Assembly: GCA_965228475.1 (NCBI GenBank)
Contig: OZ245817.1
Coordinates: 2,496,001-2,560,000, forward strand
Source of the DNA: Myxococcota bacterium
GTDB lineage: Bacteria; Myxococcota_A; UBA9160; JAFDDA01
DNA: 64,000 bases
Direction: 5' to 3'
In this document: one piece after another, positions 27,292-37,422 of the stretch
How the letters are laid out: every line of letters starts with the position of its first letter
Numbering within the stretch: the stretch's first letter is position 1
Translations under genes and position numbers: made by a program
Notes under the pieces: model-generated
Seen by the model: the letters and a program-made list of their open reading frames with translations, nothing else
Told to the model about the DNA's origin: nothing
Databases searched by the model: none

Positions 27292-28413
27292 GTGAGCACA
27301 CCCGAAGAAGTCACCGTCCCCGAACGCCTCCTGCTCGGCCCCGGCCCCTCGAACGTGAACGTCCGGGTCCGCCAGGCGATGGGTCAGCCGCTGCTCGGGC
27401 ACCTCGACCCCGCGTTCCTCGACATCATGGAGAGCGTGAAGGCCGGCCTGCGCCGCCTGTTCGGCACCGAGAACGACATGACCCTGCCGCTCTCGGCCAC
27501 GGGCAGCGCGGGCATGGAGGCGTGCTTCGTCAACCTGCTCGAGCCGGGCGACGCGGTCGTGGTCGGCGTGAACGGCGTGTTCGGCAACCGCATGTGCGAG
27601 GTCGCCCACCGCGCGGGCGCGAACGTGCACCGGGTCGATGCGCCATGGGGCGAGCCCCTCCCCGAAGAGGCGATGGTCGCCGCGATCGAGAAGCACGGCC
27701 CGCGCGTCGTGGCCTTCGTCCACGCGGAGACCTCGACCGGGGTCTGCCAGCCCGTCGAAACGATCGCGCGGGCGGCCCGGGAGGCCGGCGCCTTCGTGCT
27801 GCTCGACTGCGTGACGTCCCTGGCCGGCCTGCCCCTCGAGATCGACGCCTGGGGCGTCGACGCCGTCTACAGCGGAACGCAGAAGTGCCTCTCGTGCCCG
27901 CCCGGGCTCTCCCCGGTGAGCTTCAGCCCGCGGGCGGTCGAGCGCGTGGCGGCCCGGCGCACGCCCGTCCAGAGCTGGTACCTCGACGTCTCGCTTCTCG
28001 CCGGTTACTACGGCAGCGAGCGCGTCTACCACCACACCGCCCCGATCTCCGCGATCTACGGCATCGCCGAGGGCCTCCGCGTCGTCGAGGAAGAAGGGAT
28101 GCCGGCCCGGGAGAAGCGCCACCGCGAAGCCTCGGCGCGGCTGCTCGCGGGCCTCGCGCCGCTCGGCTTCGAGCCGCTGGTGGCGGAGCCCTACCGCCTC
28201 CCCCAGCTGAACACCGTGAAGCTCCCGGAAGCCGTCGTGACCCACGGCGAGGGGGCACTCCGAGCCCGCCTGCTCGATCACCACGGGATCGAGGTCGGTG
28301 GCGGGCTCGGCGATCTCGCGGGGAAGATCTGGCGCATCGGCCTGATGGGCGAGAACGCTCGCCCGGAGCCCGTCGAGCGTCTGCTCGGGGCGCTTCGCCA
28401 GGAGCTCGCCTGA
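27292..28413 (+). CDS. Alanine-glyoxylate/serine-pyruvate aminotransferase (class V PLP)
   Basis: LLLGPGPSN, VHAETSTG, DCVTSL, SGTQKCLSCPPG, YHHTAP, WRIGLMG. Confidence 0.93.
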   Translation: MSTPEEVTVPERLLLGPGPSNVNVRVRQAMGQPLLGHLDPAFLDIMESVKAGLRRLFGTENDMTLPLSATGSAGMEACFVNLLEPGDAVVVGVNGVFGNRMCEVAHRAGANVHRVDAPWGEPLPEEAMVAAIEKHGPRVVAFVHAETSTGVCQPVETIARAAREAGAFVLLDCVTSLAGLPLEIDAWGVDAVYSGTQKCLSCPPGLSPVSFSPRAVERVAARRTPVQSWYLDVSLLAGYYGSERVYHHTAPISAIYGIAEGLRVVEEEGMPAREKRHREASARLLAGLAPLGFEPLVAEPYRLPQLNTVKLPEAVVTHGEGALRARLLDHHGIEVGGGLGDLAGKIWRIGLMGENARPEPVERLLGALRQELA

Positions 28414-28434
28414 TCGCCGCCCCTGCCGGCTGGA

Positions 28435-28463
28435 TTGACCCCACACGGGCCGGGCGGTATACC
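28435..28463 (+). promoter_or_regulatory. Putative sigma70 promoter for the riboswitch/TonB-receptor transcript
   Basis: TTGACC-N17-TATACC immediately upstream of the riboswitch. Confidence 0.5.
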
Positions 28464-28481
28464 CGCTCCCGTACGAACAGC

Positions 28482-28670
28482 GCACATGGGTGCCCGGCAC
28501 GTCGCCGGGGTAAAAGGGAAGGCCGTTCAAATCGGCCGCGGTCCCGCCACTGTGAACGGTTGATTCGTCCGCAAGAGGCCACTGGGGTGCGAGCCCTGGG
28601 AAGGCGCGGACGATGTTCGTAGGCTCGGTTGCCTACGGACCACCGTGAGCCAGGAAACCTGCCCACGTGC
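28482..28670 (+). ncRNA. Cobalamin (B12) riboswitch
   Basis: GGTGC..AAAAGGGAA..CCCGCCACTGT..GCCACTG..GGGAAGGC..B12 box AGCCAGGAAACCTGCC; closing stem GCACATGGG/CCCACGTGC. Confidence 0.93.
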
Positions 28671-28759
28671 AAACGTCAGCGCTCTCCGCGGAGGGAGCGA
28701 CGCTGCGATTCCCGCTCACAGGAATCCCGTCGGTCGTCCGTGGCGAGCATGGAGACACC

Positions 28760-30892
28760 ATGACGCCCGCAGACCGGCGCCGCGCGGAAACGGCAGCCGA
28801 ACGAAGCCTTCCCTTCACCCTCGCGATCCTCGGAACCACCCTCCTCTTCGCGTACACGAACGCCGCAGCGGACCCGCCCACAGGGCCGCCTCCGAAGGCC
28901 GCCTCGGTCGGCGAGGTCACCGCGACGGCGGGCCGGACCGAACGCAACGTGCTCGAGACCGCGGGGCACGTCACCGTGCTCGAGCGGAGCGACATCGAGA
29001 CCAGCGGTGCCAAGAACGTCGCGGAGCTCCTCCGGCGCGAGCCGGGCGTTCTCGTCACGAACTCCACGAGCACGCGCGGCGGCTACGAGGTCGAGGTGCG
29101 AGGCTTCCAGAACGGCTCGGGCGGGGGCTCCAGCCTGCTCGTCCTCGTGGACGGCCGACGCATCAACGAGCCCGAGACGAGCGTCACCGACTGGGGCTTG
29201 ATCCCCCTCGACAACATCGAGCGGGTCGAGATCGTGCGCGGCCCGGCGAGTGCGCTCTATGGCGACAACGCCGTGGGCGGGGTCGTCGAGATCACGACGC
29301 GCAGTGGCGAAGGCCCGCCCCGAGCCACCGTCACCGGCCGGCTCGGCAAGTACCGAACGAAGGAAGGGAGCGCCTGGGCCGGGGGCAGCGCGGGCCCCGT
29401 GGCCCTGTCGGTCTTCTTCGATCACTTCGAGACCGGGGGCTACCGCGACCAGTCGAACTTCCGTTCCCGGGACTTCCAGGGTCGAACGGACATCCAGCTC
29501 GGCGACTCGGCATCGCTGTCGCTCCGCGGCGGCTACGTCACGAACGATCGGCCGCCCCCGGGGCCCCTCAACGAGCTCGAGCTCGACGCGGATCGCCAGC
29601 AGGTCGACCCCGACAGCATCGGCAGCGATGCCATCGCACGCCGGCGCTTCGTGGATGGAACGCTCACGGCGCAGCCCGCCGAAGGCGTCACGCTCTCGGC
29701 GCAGGGCTACTACACCCGGCGCAACGACAGCACCGTCGCGCCCTCCGCCGCGGGACTCTTCTCGCGCGGCTTCGAGACCCAGGCGCTCGGGCTGAACGGC
29801 AAGGCCCAGTTCGACTGGCAGGGCCCCGGGGAAACGAAGCTCCGCACCATCATCGGGCTCGACCTGCTCCGCGAGGATCGCAAGGGTGCCGATACGTTCG
29901 TCTCGGCATTCAACCCGCTCTTCAACAGCGACTCGAAGCGCCGTTCCCGGAAGGACAGCGTCGGAGCGTATCTTCAAGCGGAGCTGGAAGTGCTCTCCTG
30001 GCTCCTGCTGACCGCAGGCTATCGCCACGACCGCGCCGACTACGAGATCAACGACGTCGACCGGATCACGCTGGTCAAGCAGGCCGCGGACCCGACCCAT
30101 ACGCTCCATACGCCACGCTTCGGCATCGTGGCCCGCGCCACGGAGACGACCTCGGTCTACGCCTCCTGGGCCCGGGGGTTCCGTCTCCCGAACCTCGGCG
30201 AGACCGGCGGGGTCTTCGCGAACAACCCGAACATCGATCCCCAGCGCTCCAAGGGGATCGAGGTCGGCGTGAAGCATCGCAGCGAGCGGCTGCGCGCGAA
30301 CCTCGCGCTCTATCGCATGGACGTCCGCGACGAGATCCTGCTCGATTCCGAGGTGATCCAGTTCGGTTTCTTCGGGCTGCAGACCGTCAACATGGACCGC
30401 GTTCGCCATCAGGGTCTCGAGGTCTCGTGGTCCTTCGACCTGTTCCCCGCCCTCGAGCTCCACGGCGGCTACACCTGGGACGACACCCGCATCCGGCGCG
30501 ACAGCACCACGAACCTCGACGGCAAGCGCGTCCCGATCACGCCCGAGCACCGCGGCAGCCTCGGTGTCCTGGCCCGGGGCCCCTGGGGCCTCGAAGCCGG
30601 AGTCGACGTCCAGTTCGTGGGCCGGCGCTACGGTGTCAACGACTTCGGCCACCGGCTCGATCAACTCCAGGACTACCGGCGCTGGGACGTTCACCTCGGC
30701 TGGCGGCCGAAGCTCGGCGAGCACGTGGAGCTGGGCTTCACCTTCGACCTCTTGAACGCATCGAACCGCCGCTACGAGGAGACGGGCGGTCGGCCGAGTT
30801 TCGTGGCCGTCGGCGCCACCGCGGTGCCGGGCTTCTTTCCCGCTCCGCGCCGGCACTACATCGGTGGCGTTTCCGTCACGGTGCGGCGGTGA
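28760..30892 (+). CDS. TonB-dependent receptor, probably for cobalamin (BtuB-like)
   Basis: Plug motifs LVLVDGRRIN and IERVEIVRGPASALYG; beta-barrel ending RHYIGGVSVTV; directly downstream of the B12 riboswitch. Confidence 0.9.
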   Translation: MTPADRRRAETAAERSLPFTLAILGTTLLFAYTNAAADPPTGPPPKAASVGEVTATAGRTERNVLETAGHVTVLERSDIETSGAKNVAELLRREPGVLVTNSTSTRGGYEVEVRGFQNGSGGGSSLLVLVDGRRINEPETSVTDWGLIPLDNIERVEIVRGPASALYGDNAVGGVVEITTRSGEGPPRATVTGRLGKYRTKEGSAWAGGSAGPVALSVFFDHFETGGYRDQSNFRSRDFQGRTDIQLGDSASLSLRGGYVTNDRPPPGPLNELELDADRQQVDPDSIGSDAIARRRFVDGTLTAQPAEGVTLSAQGYYTRRNDSTVAPSAAGLFSRGFETQALGLNGKAQFDWQGPGETKLRTIIGLDLLREDRKGADTFVSAFNPLFNSDSKRRSRKDSVGAYLQAELEVLSWLLLTAGYRHDRADYEINDVDRITLVKQAADPTHTLHTPRFGIVARATETTSVYASWARGFRLPNLGETGGVFANNPNIDPQRSKGIEVGVKHRSERLRANLALYRMDVRDEILLDSEVIQFGFFGLQTVNMDRVRHQGLEVSWSFDLFPALELHGGYTWDDTRIRRDSTTNLDGKRVPITPEHRGSLGVLARGPWGLEAGVDVQFVGRRYGVNDFGHRLDQLQDYRRWDVHLGWRPKLGEHVELGFTFDLLNASNRRYEETGGRPSFVAVGATAVPGFFPAPRRHYIGGVSVTVRR

Positions 30893-30896
30893 CGTC

Positions 30897-31307
30897 GTGA
30901 GGCGGTACGGAGAGAGGTTCCCGAGCCTTGCGCGGTTCGCCGCGGTCCTCGCGCTGCTTGGGGTCGGGGCCGGGGTGCCGGCGCACGGACAGGAGCGTGT
31001 GGCCCGCGTGACCCTGGTCGACGCACTGCCCCCGAGCCCGAGCGTCGATGCGCGCCTCGAGACGATCCGCGTGCGCATCCAGAGGGCGCTCGTCTATCCG
31101 CCGAACGCGAGGGCCCGGGAGCTCGTCGGGACCTCGCGGGTGGAGTTCGAGATCGACGGCAGCGGCCAGGCGACCGGGTTGGAGACGGTCGCCTCCTCGG
31201 GCCACTGGGTGCTGGATCGCGCTGCGCGGCGCGCGGTCGAAGCCGCTTCGCCTCTCCCCTACGTCTGGGGGAGGCTGGCCGTCCCGGTCCGCTTCGAACT
31301 CGATTAG
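30897..31307 (+). CDS. TonB C-terminal domain protein (short)
   Basis: YPPNARARELVG..VEFEIDGSG..SSGHWVLDRAA..VPVRFEL. Confidence 0.85.
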   Translation: MRRYGERFPSLARFAAVLALLGVGAGVPAHGQERVARVTLVDALPPSPSVDARLETIRVRIQRALVYPPNARARELVGTSRVEFEIDGSGQATGLETVASSGHWVLDRAARRAVEAASPLPYVWGRLAVPVRFELD

Positions 31308-31343
31308 GGCCGACCCGGGCAAACCCACCGCGCCCGCGGCGGG

Positions 31344-32084
31344 CTAGCGCAGGGTCGAGGAGAAGAGCTCCTTCACGCGGCGCCAGGCGTCCTTCGCGGC
31401 ATCGGCGTCGTAGGTCGCACGCTGGTCGCAGAAGAAGCCGTGATCGCTGCCCTGGTAGACCACGACCTCGTGGTCCGTCCCGGCCTTGCCGAGCGCGGTG
31501 CGGATCGCATCGACCTGATCGGACGGGATCAGGGCGTCCTCGCCGCCGAACAGGCAGAGGATCCGCCCCTCGATGCCCTCGGTCCGCGAGACCGTCGAAG
31601 GCCCGCCCCCGAGGCCCTCGGGCGCCGCGACGCCTCCGCCGTAGAAGCTCGCCGAGGCAGCGACGTCCGCTTCGCAGGCGGTCAGGTAGGCCATGTGCCC
31701 GCCGATGCAGAAGCCCATGCAGCCGACGGCATCGGTCGTGTCGTCCCGATCCCGGGCGTAGGCGACCGCATCGCGCGCGTCCGAGACCATCTCGTCCGCG
31801 ACGAGCTGGTTCAGCAGGCTCATGCCCTTCTCCATCCCCGCGTCGTCGTAGCCGAGCTCGATGCCCGCTCCGGTGCGATGGAAGAAGTCGGGCGCGATGG
31901 CGACGTAGCCCTCCCCCGCCACGCGCTGCACGACGTCCTGAATGTGGGAGTTCACGCCGAAGATCTCCATGTAGACGACGACCGCCGGGTGCGGGCCGCC
32001 CGAGGCGGGGCGTGCGACGAAGCCGCCCATCGTGCCGCCTCCGGAAAGCGGGATCTCGACGCGTTCGGTCTGGACAGGGGCCAT
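31344..32084 (-). CDS. Dienelactone hydrolase family protein
   Basis: EIFGVN, GFCIGG (Cys nucleophile), FGGED, HGF. Confidence 0.92.
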   Translation of the reverse strand: MAPVQTERVEIPLSGGGTMGGFVARPASGGPHPAVVVYMEIFGVNSHIQDVVQRVAGEGYVAIAPDFFHRTGAGIELGYDDAGMEKGMSLLNQLVADEMVSDARDAVAYARDRDDTTDAVGCMGFCIGGHMAYLTACEADVAASASFYGGGVAAPEGLGGGPSTVSRTEGIEGRILCLFGGEDALIPSDQVDAIRTALGKAGTDHEVVVYQGSDHGFFCDQRATYDADAAKDAWRRVKELFSSTLR

Positions 32085-32199
32085 GGGTCCTCCGTGAAAA
32101 GGCGAAAGGGTCCGGGAGAGCGCGCGGCGCATCTCCCACGCCTGGGAACGTGCGCGGAACCGTGCGCCTCGTCAACTGCTCCGCAGCGCGGCCGCCGCG

Positions 32200-33054
32200 C
32201 TAGCGGGCGCGGGCGAGGTGGTCGCGGAGTGCCCGCGTCCACTCGGACGGGTTCTCGAGCTGGGGTTGGTGCCCTGCGCTCGGGATCACTTCGTGGACCG
32301 CGCCGGGAATGGCCCGCGCCAGCTCCTCCGCGGTCTCCACGAACGGCCCGTCCTCCTCGCCCACCATGACGAGCGTCGGGCAGGAAACGGCAGCGAGCCG
32401 CTCGAGCCAATCGGGGTGCTCCGCGATGGCGCGTCCGAAGGGCTCGAGCGCGTAAGGGTCCATGCCGACCATGCGCTCGCGGCGCCACGCCCAGTAGCGC
32501 TCGGAGCCCCACTCCTGCTCCCGGCGCCGGTCGGCGGCGCTGCGCGTCGGGTCGTCGTCGCCCCGGCTCCGCAGGATCTCCTGGAGCGCCTCGACCCCCT
32601 GCTCGATCGCGATCTTCGCGCCCACGGCGAACATGTCCCCGTTCATCCAGTCCATGGCCCGGCCGGCCGTGTCCATCAGCACCAGGGAGGCGACGCGTTC
32701 GGGATGGGCCAGCACCATGCGCTGCACGACGAAGCCGCCCATCGAGTGGCCGAGCAGGTCGAAGCGGTCGATGCCGAGGGCGTCGAGCCAGCCGACGAGG
32801 TCCTCCGCCGCCGCGTCGAGCGTGTACGCGGCAGCGTTGCCCGCGTGGTAGCCGTCGCCGTGGCCCCGCAGCGCCGGCGCCAGGGTCCGGCCGAGATCCG
32901 AGAGGTCTTCGAGGCACGGCGCGAAGTCCTTGCGCGAGCCCGTGAAGCCGTGGACCAGGACGAGCGGCCGCCCGCCCTCCCCTTCTTCATCCCAGACCAC
33001 GTGCACGTCGCCGACGTCGACCTGGTTCGTCTCGAAGTGATGTTCATGCTCCAT
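32200..33054 (-). CDS. Alpha/beta-fold hydrolase
   Basis: HGFTGS, GHSMGG, VGEED, AGH. Confidence 0.92.
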   Translation of the reverse strand: MEHEHHFETNQVDVGDVHVVWDEEGEGGRPLVLVHGFTGSRKDFAPCLEDLSDLGRTLAPALRGHGDGYHAGNAAAYTLDAAAEDLVGWLDALGIDRFDLLGHSMGGFVVQRMVLAHPERVASLVLMDTAGRAMDWMNGDMFAVGAKIAIEQGVEALQEILRSRGDDDPTRSAADRRREQEWGSERYWAWRRERMVGMDPYALEPFGRAIAEHPDWLERLAAVSCPTLVMVGEEDGPFVETAEELARAIPGAVHEVIPSAGHQPQLENPSEWTRALRDHLARAR

Positions 33055-33067
33055 CGAACGAGGGCTC

Positions 33068-33643
33068 CTAGCCGTGCAGCCGCACGAAGGGCGTGCGCTT
33101 GGCGATCAGGTCCGCTTCCGCGGCGAGAATCTCCGAGAGCCGCTCGCGCACGGCCGCGGCCGGCGCCACGGTCTCGGCGAGGTCGACGTAGAGCCGGTGG
33201 TGCCGCGCCTCGCAGGCGAGCAGGCTCCGGTAGAAGGCCGCGAGCTCCGCATCGCCGCAGCGCTCCGCCAGGAGCTTGAAGCGTTCGCAGCTCCGCGCCT
33301 CGATCGTCGCGCAGCAAAGCAGGGTGTCGATGAGCTTCTCGGGCTCGTAGGTCCGCGCCTGGCCGAGCAGCGCCTTCGCGTAGGGGCTCGGCTTCTGCGC
33401 GCGGTAGGGGATGCCCCGCCGCTCGAGCAGAGCGAGGAGCTGCTCGAAGTGCTCGAGTTCCTCGCGTGCGACCTCGGAGAGCGGCACGAGCAGCGCCGTG
33501 CGGTCGGCGTAGCGGGAGATCAGCCCCATGGCCATGCCGGCCGCGCGTTTCTCGCAGTGGGCGTGGTCGAGCAGGAGTTCGGGCAGATCCGAGAGCGCGG
33601 TGTCGACCCACGCCGGGTCCGTCTGGGAAGCCAGCCTCAGCAT
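33068..33643 (-). CDS. miaE: tRNA-(ms2i6A37) hydroxylase
   Basis: LLDHAHCEKRAA, EELEHF, IEARSCERF, EARHH di-iron motifs. Confidence 0.92.
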   Translation of the reverse strand: MLRLASQTDPAWVDTALSDLPELLLDHAHCEKRAAGMAMGLISRYADRTALLVPLSEVAREELEHFEQLLALLERRGIPYRAQKPSPYAKALLGQARTYEPEKLIDTLLCCATIEARSCERFKLLAERCGDAELAAFYRSLLACEARHHRLYVDLAETVAPAAAVRERLSEILAAEADLIAKRTPFVRLHG

Positions 33644-33727
33644 CGCGCGGAGTCTACCGAACGCCGCGCGACGCTCCGCAAGAGAGCGCGCCGGCCTCGT
33701 CGCAGCTCCGCGGGTTACACTGGCGCC

Positions 33728-34684
33728 ATGGAATATCGGAACCTCGGACGCAGCGGCCTGAAGGTCAGCTCCGTCTCGGTCGGCTCCTGGCTGACGTTCG
33801 GCTCGAGCGTGGAGGTCCGGGAGACGGCCCGCCTGATCGAGCAGGCCTACGACCTCGGCGTGAACTTCTTCGACACCGCGGACGTGTACGCACGCGGCAA
33901 GAGCGAGGAGGCCGTCGGGGCCGCCCTGCGCTCGATTCCCCGGCCCTACGTCGTGCTCGCCACCAAGTGCTTCTTCCCGATGTCCGAGAACCCGAACGAC
34001 CGCGGGCTCTCGCGCAAGCACATCGTCGAGAGCGTCGACGCCTCGCTCCGTCGGCTCGGCACCGACTACATCGACCTCCACCAGTGCCATCGCCCGGACC
34101 CCGAGACGCCGATCGACGAGACCGTGCGCGCCTACGAGGATCTGATCCGGGCCGGCAAGGTGCTCTACTGGGGCGTCTCGGAGTGGCGCTCCGCCCAGAT
34201 CGTCGACGCCTGCCGGTCGGCGGCGCTCCATGGCGCCTACGCCCCGATCTCGAATCAGCCCCAGTACAACCTGATCCGGCGCGGCATCGAGCGCGACGTC
34301 CTGCCGACCTGCGAGCGCGAGGGCCTCGGCCAGGTCGTCTTCAGCCCCCTCGCCCAGGGCGTGCTCTCGGGCAAGTACAGCGGCGGGAAGAAGCCGAGCG
34401 GGAGCCGAGCCGCGGACGAAGAACGCAACCAGTTCATGGACGACTTTCTCCGGGACGACGTCCTCTCGCGGGTCGACGCGCTCGGCCCGATCGCCGAGGC
34501 GTGCGGCCTCTCCCTGCCCCAGCTCGCCCTCGCCTGGTGCCTTCGCCAGCCCGGCGTCTCGAGCACCATCGTCGGCGTGACGAGCGAGAAGCAGCTGCGC
34601 GACAACGTCGCCGCGGCGGGCGTCACGATTTCGGAAGAATGCCTCGCACGGATCGAGGCGCTCTTCCCCGGGGCTGGCGTCTGA
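33728..34684 (+). CDS. Aldo/keto reductase (Kv-beta-like subfamily)
   Basis: MEYRNLGRSGLKVS, FDTADVY, GLSRKHI, YWGVSEW, NQPQY, SPLAQG. Confidence 0.93.
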   Translation: MEYRNLGRSGLKVSSVSVGSWLTFGSSVEVRETARLIEQAYDLGVNFFDTADVYARGKSEEAVGAALRSIPRPYVVLATKCFFPMSENPNDRGLSRKHIVESVDASLRRLGTDYIDLHQCHRPDPETPIDETVRAYEDLIRAGKVLYWGVSEWRSAQIVDACRSAALHGAYAPISNQPQYNLIRRGIERDVLPTCEREGLGQVVFSPLAQGVLSGKYSGGKKPSGSRAADEERNQFMDDFLRDDVLSRVDALGPIAEACGLSLPQLALAWCLRQPGVSSTIVGVTSEKQLRDNVAAAGVTISEECLARIEALFPGAGV

Positions 34685-36165
34685 GCCGGACGCTCCGGGC
34701 CGACGCGGTCGTCGTGGGGACCGGCGCCGGCGGCGCACCGGCCGCGGCCGCGCTCGCCGAGGCCGGGCTCACCGTCGTGATGGTCGAATCTGGATCCCAC
34801 TGGACGTCGAAGGACTTCACCGGCGTCGAGGGCGACCTCTTCTTCCGCCTCGGACGCCTCGCCGCCACGCAAGACGGGAGCTTGAACCTCTACGCGGGCC
34901 ATTGCGTGGGCGGCTCGACCGTCGTGAACGACGCCCTGTGCTGGCGAACCCCGCCCGAGATCCTCGCCGAGTGGCGCGAACGCGACGGCCTCGCCGCCTT
35001 CGAGACCGAACGCTTCGCCCCCTTCCTCGACCGCGCCTGGGCCGACGTCCACGCGAGCCCGACCGCGCGGAGCCACATCAACCGGAACGCCCACGCCCTC
35101 GAGCGCGGCGCACGGGCCCTCGGCTGGGCGGCCGAGCCGATGCACCGCAACGTGCGCGGCTGCGCGAAGCTCGGCCTGTGCAACTTCGGCTGCCCCGCCA
35201 ACGCCAAGCAGTCGACGCTCCTCTCCCACGTCCCGCGCGCCCGCGCCGCGGGGGCCCGACTGCTCGCCGACACGCGGGTTCTCCGCGTCCTTTCCCAGGC
35301 CGGCCGAGCCCTCGGGGTCGCCGCCGAGCGGATCGACCCGAATACCGGCCAGGCTCTCGAGACGCTCGAGATCCACGCGCCGCTGGTCTGCCTCGCGGCC
35401 GGCGTCCTCGGCACGCCGCCGCTGCTCCTGCGAAGCGGCTTCGAGCGGGCCGGACGCGGCATCCAGTTCCACTCGAGCGTGCACGTGACCGCCCGCTTCG
35501 CCGAGCCGATCCACGGCTACTTCGGGCCGACCATGGCCTACGCCATCTCCGAATTTGCCGACGTGCTGGGCCGCGGCGGGCCGGGCTTCATGATCGAGAA
35601 CACCACCGTGCATCCCCTCGTGACGGCCCAGAACCTGCCGGCCTTCGGCGATGCCCACGAGGCGGCCATGGCCGCGCTCCCGCACCTCGCCAAGGCCGTC
35701 GTGGTGCTGCGCGATCGCGCCCGCGGGACCGTCTCCGTCGACGACGCGGGCGAAGGCCGCTTCGACCTCGCGCTGGTGAACGAAGACCTCTCGCGCATGG
35801 CCGAAGGGATGGTGGCGACCGCGCGCGCCTACCTTGCCGCCGGTGCGGAGGAGGTCTGGCTTCCCGTGGACGGCCTCGACCCCATCCGCAGCGAGGCGGA
35901 CCTCGCCCGCGTCGAGGGCCGGGTCTTCTCCCAGACCGAACTCTTCTCGCTCTACGCCGTCCATCTCTTCGGTGGCGCCTCGATGGCGCGAGGCGCCGCG
36001 GACGGGTTCTGCGACGAACGGGGCGAAGCCTTCGACCTGCCCGGCCTCTACGTGATGGACGCGGCGGGCCTGCCGGGCAACACCGGCGCGAACCCCCAGA
36101 TCACGGTCATGGCGAACGCCCTGCGGATCGCCGACGGCATCGTTCGGCGCGGAGCCGCCTCGTGA
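34681..36165 (+). CDS. GMC family FAD oxidoreductase (probable CTG start; alternative ATG at 34639)
   Basis: VVVGTGAGG, VGGSTVVN, CAKLGLCNFGC, HLFG, GANPQITVM. Confidence 0.88.
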   Translation: MSRTLRADAVVVGTGAGGAPAAAALAEAGLTVVMVESGSHWTSKDFTGVEGDLFFRLGRLAATQDGSLNLYAGHCVGGSTVVNDALCWRTPPEILAEWRERDGLAAFETERFAPFLDRAWADVHASPTARSHINRNAHALERGARALGWAAEPMHRNVRGCAKLGLCNFGCPANAKQSTLLSHVPRARAAGARLLADTRVLRVLSQAGRALGVAAERIDPNTGQALETLEIHAPLVCLAAGVLGTPPLLLRSGFERAGRGIQFHSSVHVTARFAEPIHGYFGPTMAYAISEFADVLGRGGPGFMIENTTVHPLVTAQNLPAFGDAHEAAMAALPHLAKAVVVLRDRARGTVSVDDAGEGRFDLALVNEDLSRMAEGMVATARAYLAAGAEEVWLPVDGLDPIRSEADLARVEGRVFSQTELFSLYAVHLFGGASMARGAADGFCDERGEAFDLPGLYVMDAAGLPGNTGANPQITVMANALRIADGIVRRGAAS

Positions 36166-36764
36166 CGCCGCGCCGGGAACTCGAGCGCTCCCTCGCCCAG
36201 CTCGACCGCCGGGGCTTCCTCCGGCTCACGGGCGCCGTCGCCGCCGCGGGGCTTCTGCCCGCCGGGTGCTCGGCACCGGACCGGTTTGCCCCACCGCCGG
36301 ACCTCGACCTCCGGGTCCTCTCGCCGCGAACCTACGCCACGCTTTCGGCCGCGAGCGACCGCCTGCTCGGCGCCGAGGCCCGTGCGCGCGTCGAGGCCGC
36401 GGGCTTCGACCTCGCCGCCCGCGCCGACGCCCGCCTCGCCGAGACGCCGGCCCTGACCGGGCTCGTCCAGCAGGCCCTGCTCGCCCTCGAGTTCGGCGTC
36501 TGGCCCCTCGTCCCGAAACTCCGGCCGTTCTCGCGCCTCGACGCGCCGACGCGGGATGCCGTGCTCGGATCGCTGGCTCGCGGCCCCCTCGACCTCTCCC
36601 GAGCCCTCTTCCAGGGCGTCCGCAGCTTCACCTGGCTCGCGTATTACGGCGACACCGTCTCGCATGCGGCGATCCGCTACCCCGGCCCCTTCGGCGGGCC
36701 GGGCGCGCGGGTCGAGGACGCCATGACCTACGATCCGGACACCGCGACAGGAGAACCCTCTTGA
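36162..36764 (+). CDS. Tat-exported lipoprotein, gluconate-dehydrogenase-subunit-3-like partner of the GMC enzyme
   Basis: DRRGFL Tat motif, LPAG-C lipobox, FSRLDAPTRD, AYYGD..IRYPGP; GTGA coupling. Confidence 0.7.
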   Translation: MTPRRELERSLAQLDRRGFLRLTGAVAAAGLLPAGCSAPDRFAPPPDLDLRVLSPRTYATLSAASDRLLGAEARARVEAAGFDLAARADARLAETPALTGLVQQALLALEFGVWPLVPKLRPFSRLDAPTRDAVLGSLARGPLDLSRALFQGVRSFTWLAYYGDTVSHAAIRYPGPFGGPGARVEDAMTYDPDTATGEPS

Positions 36765-37420
36765 GCTTTCAGGTCGATTGCTACTGGTCCTTCCGAAGCC
36801 CCTACTCGTATCTCGCCACACCCCGGCTGCGGGCGCTGGCCGAGGAGCGCGGCGTCGACGTCCGCGTGCGCATCGTCCGCCCCCTGGCGATTCGCGACGG
36901 CAGCTTCTTCGCCAACGTGAACCCGCTCTGGCTGCCGTACCTCGCCCGCGACGTCCTGCGCCTGGCCGAGTTCCACGGCATGAAGATGGGCTTCCCGCGG
37001 CCGGACCCCGTCGTGCAGAAGCCCGAGAACGGCCGCATGGTGACGGACCCGAACCAGCCCTACATCCATCGTCTCTCCCGCCTGGGGCTGCTGGCTTCGG
37101 AGCGCGGCCACGGGCTCGCCTTCATCGACGAGGTCTCGCGGATCATCTGGGACGGAACGACCGAGAACTGGCACGAGGGCGACCATCTCGCGCGCGCGAG
37201 CGAGCGCGCCGGGCTCGACCTCGCCGAACTCGACGCCGCGGCCCGCGACGACGCGGCGCAGATCGACGCGAAGATCGAAGAGAACGAGCGCGCCCACGAA
37301 GCGGCCGGACACTGGGGCGTCCCCACGATGACCTACGAAGGCGAACCCTTCTTCGGCCAGGACCGCTTCGACGTGCTCGTGTGGCGGCTCGAACAGCGCG
37401 GCCTTCCGGCGGCCGGTTGA
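36761..37420 (+). CDS. 2-hydroxychromene-2-carboxylate isomerase / DsbA-like (GST kappa) protein
   Basis: YWSFRSPYSYL, GHWGVPT, FFGQDR; TTGA coupling. Confidence 0.88.
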   Translation: MSFQVDCYWSFRSPYSYLATPRLRALAEERGVDVRVRIVRPLAIRDGSFFANVNPLWLPYLARDVLRLAEFHGMKMGFPRPDPVVQKPENGRMVTDPNQPYIHRLSRLGLLASERGHGLAFIDEVSRIIWDGTTENWHEGDHLARASERAGLDLAELDAAARDDAAQIDAKIEENERAHEAAGHWGVPTMTYEGEPFFGQDRFDVLVWRLEQRGLPAAG

Positions 37421-37422
37421 CC

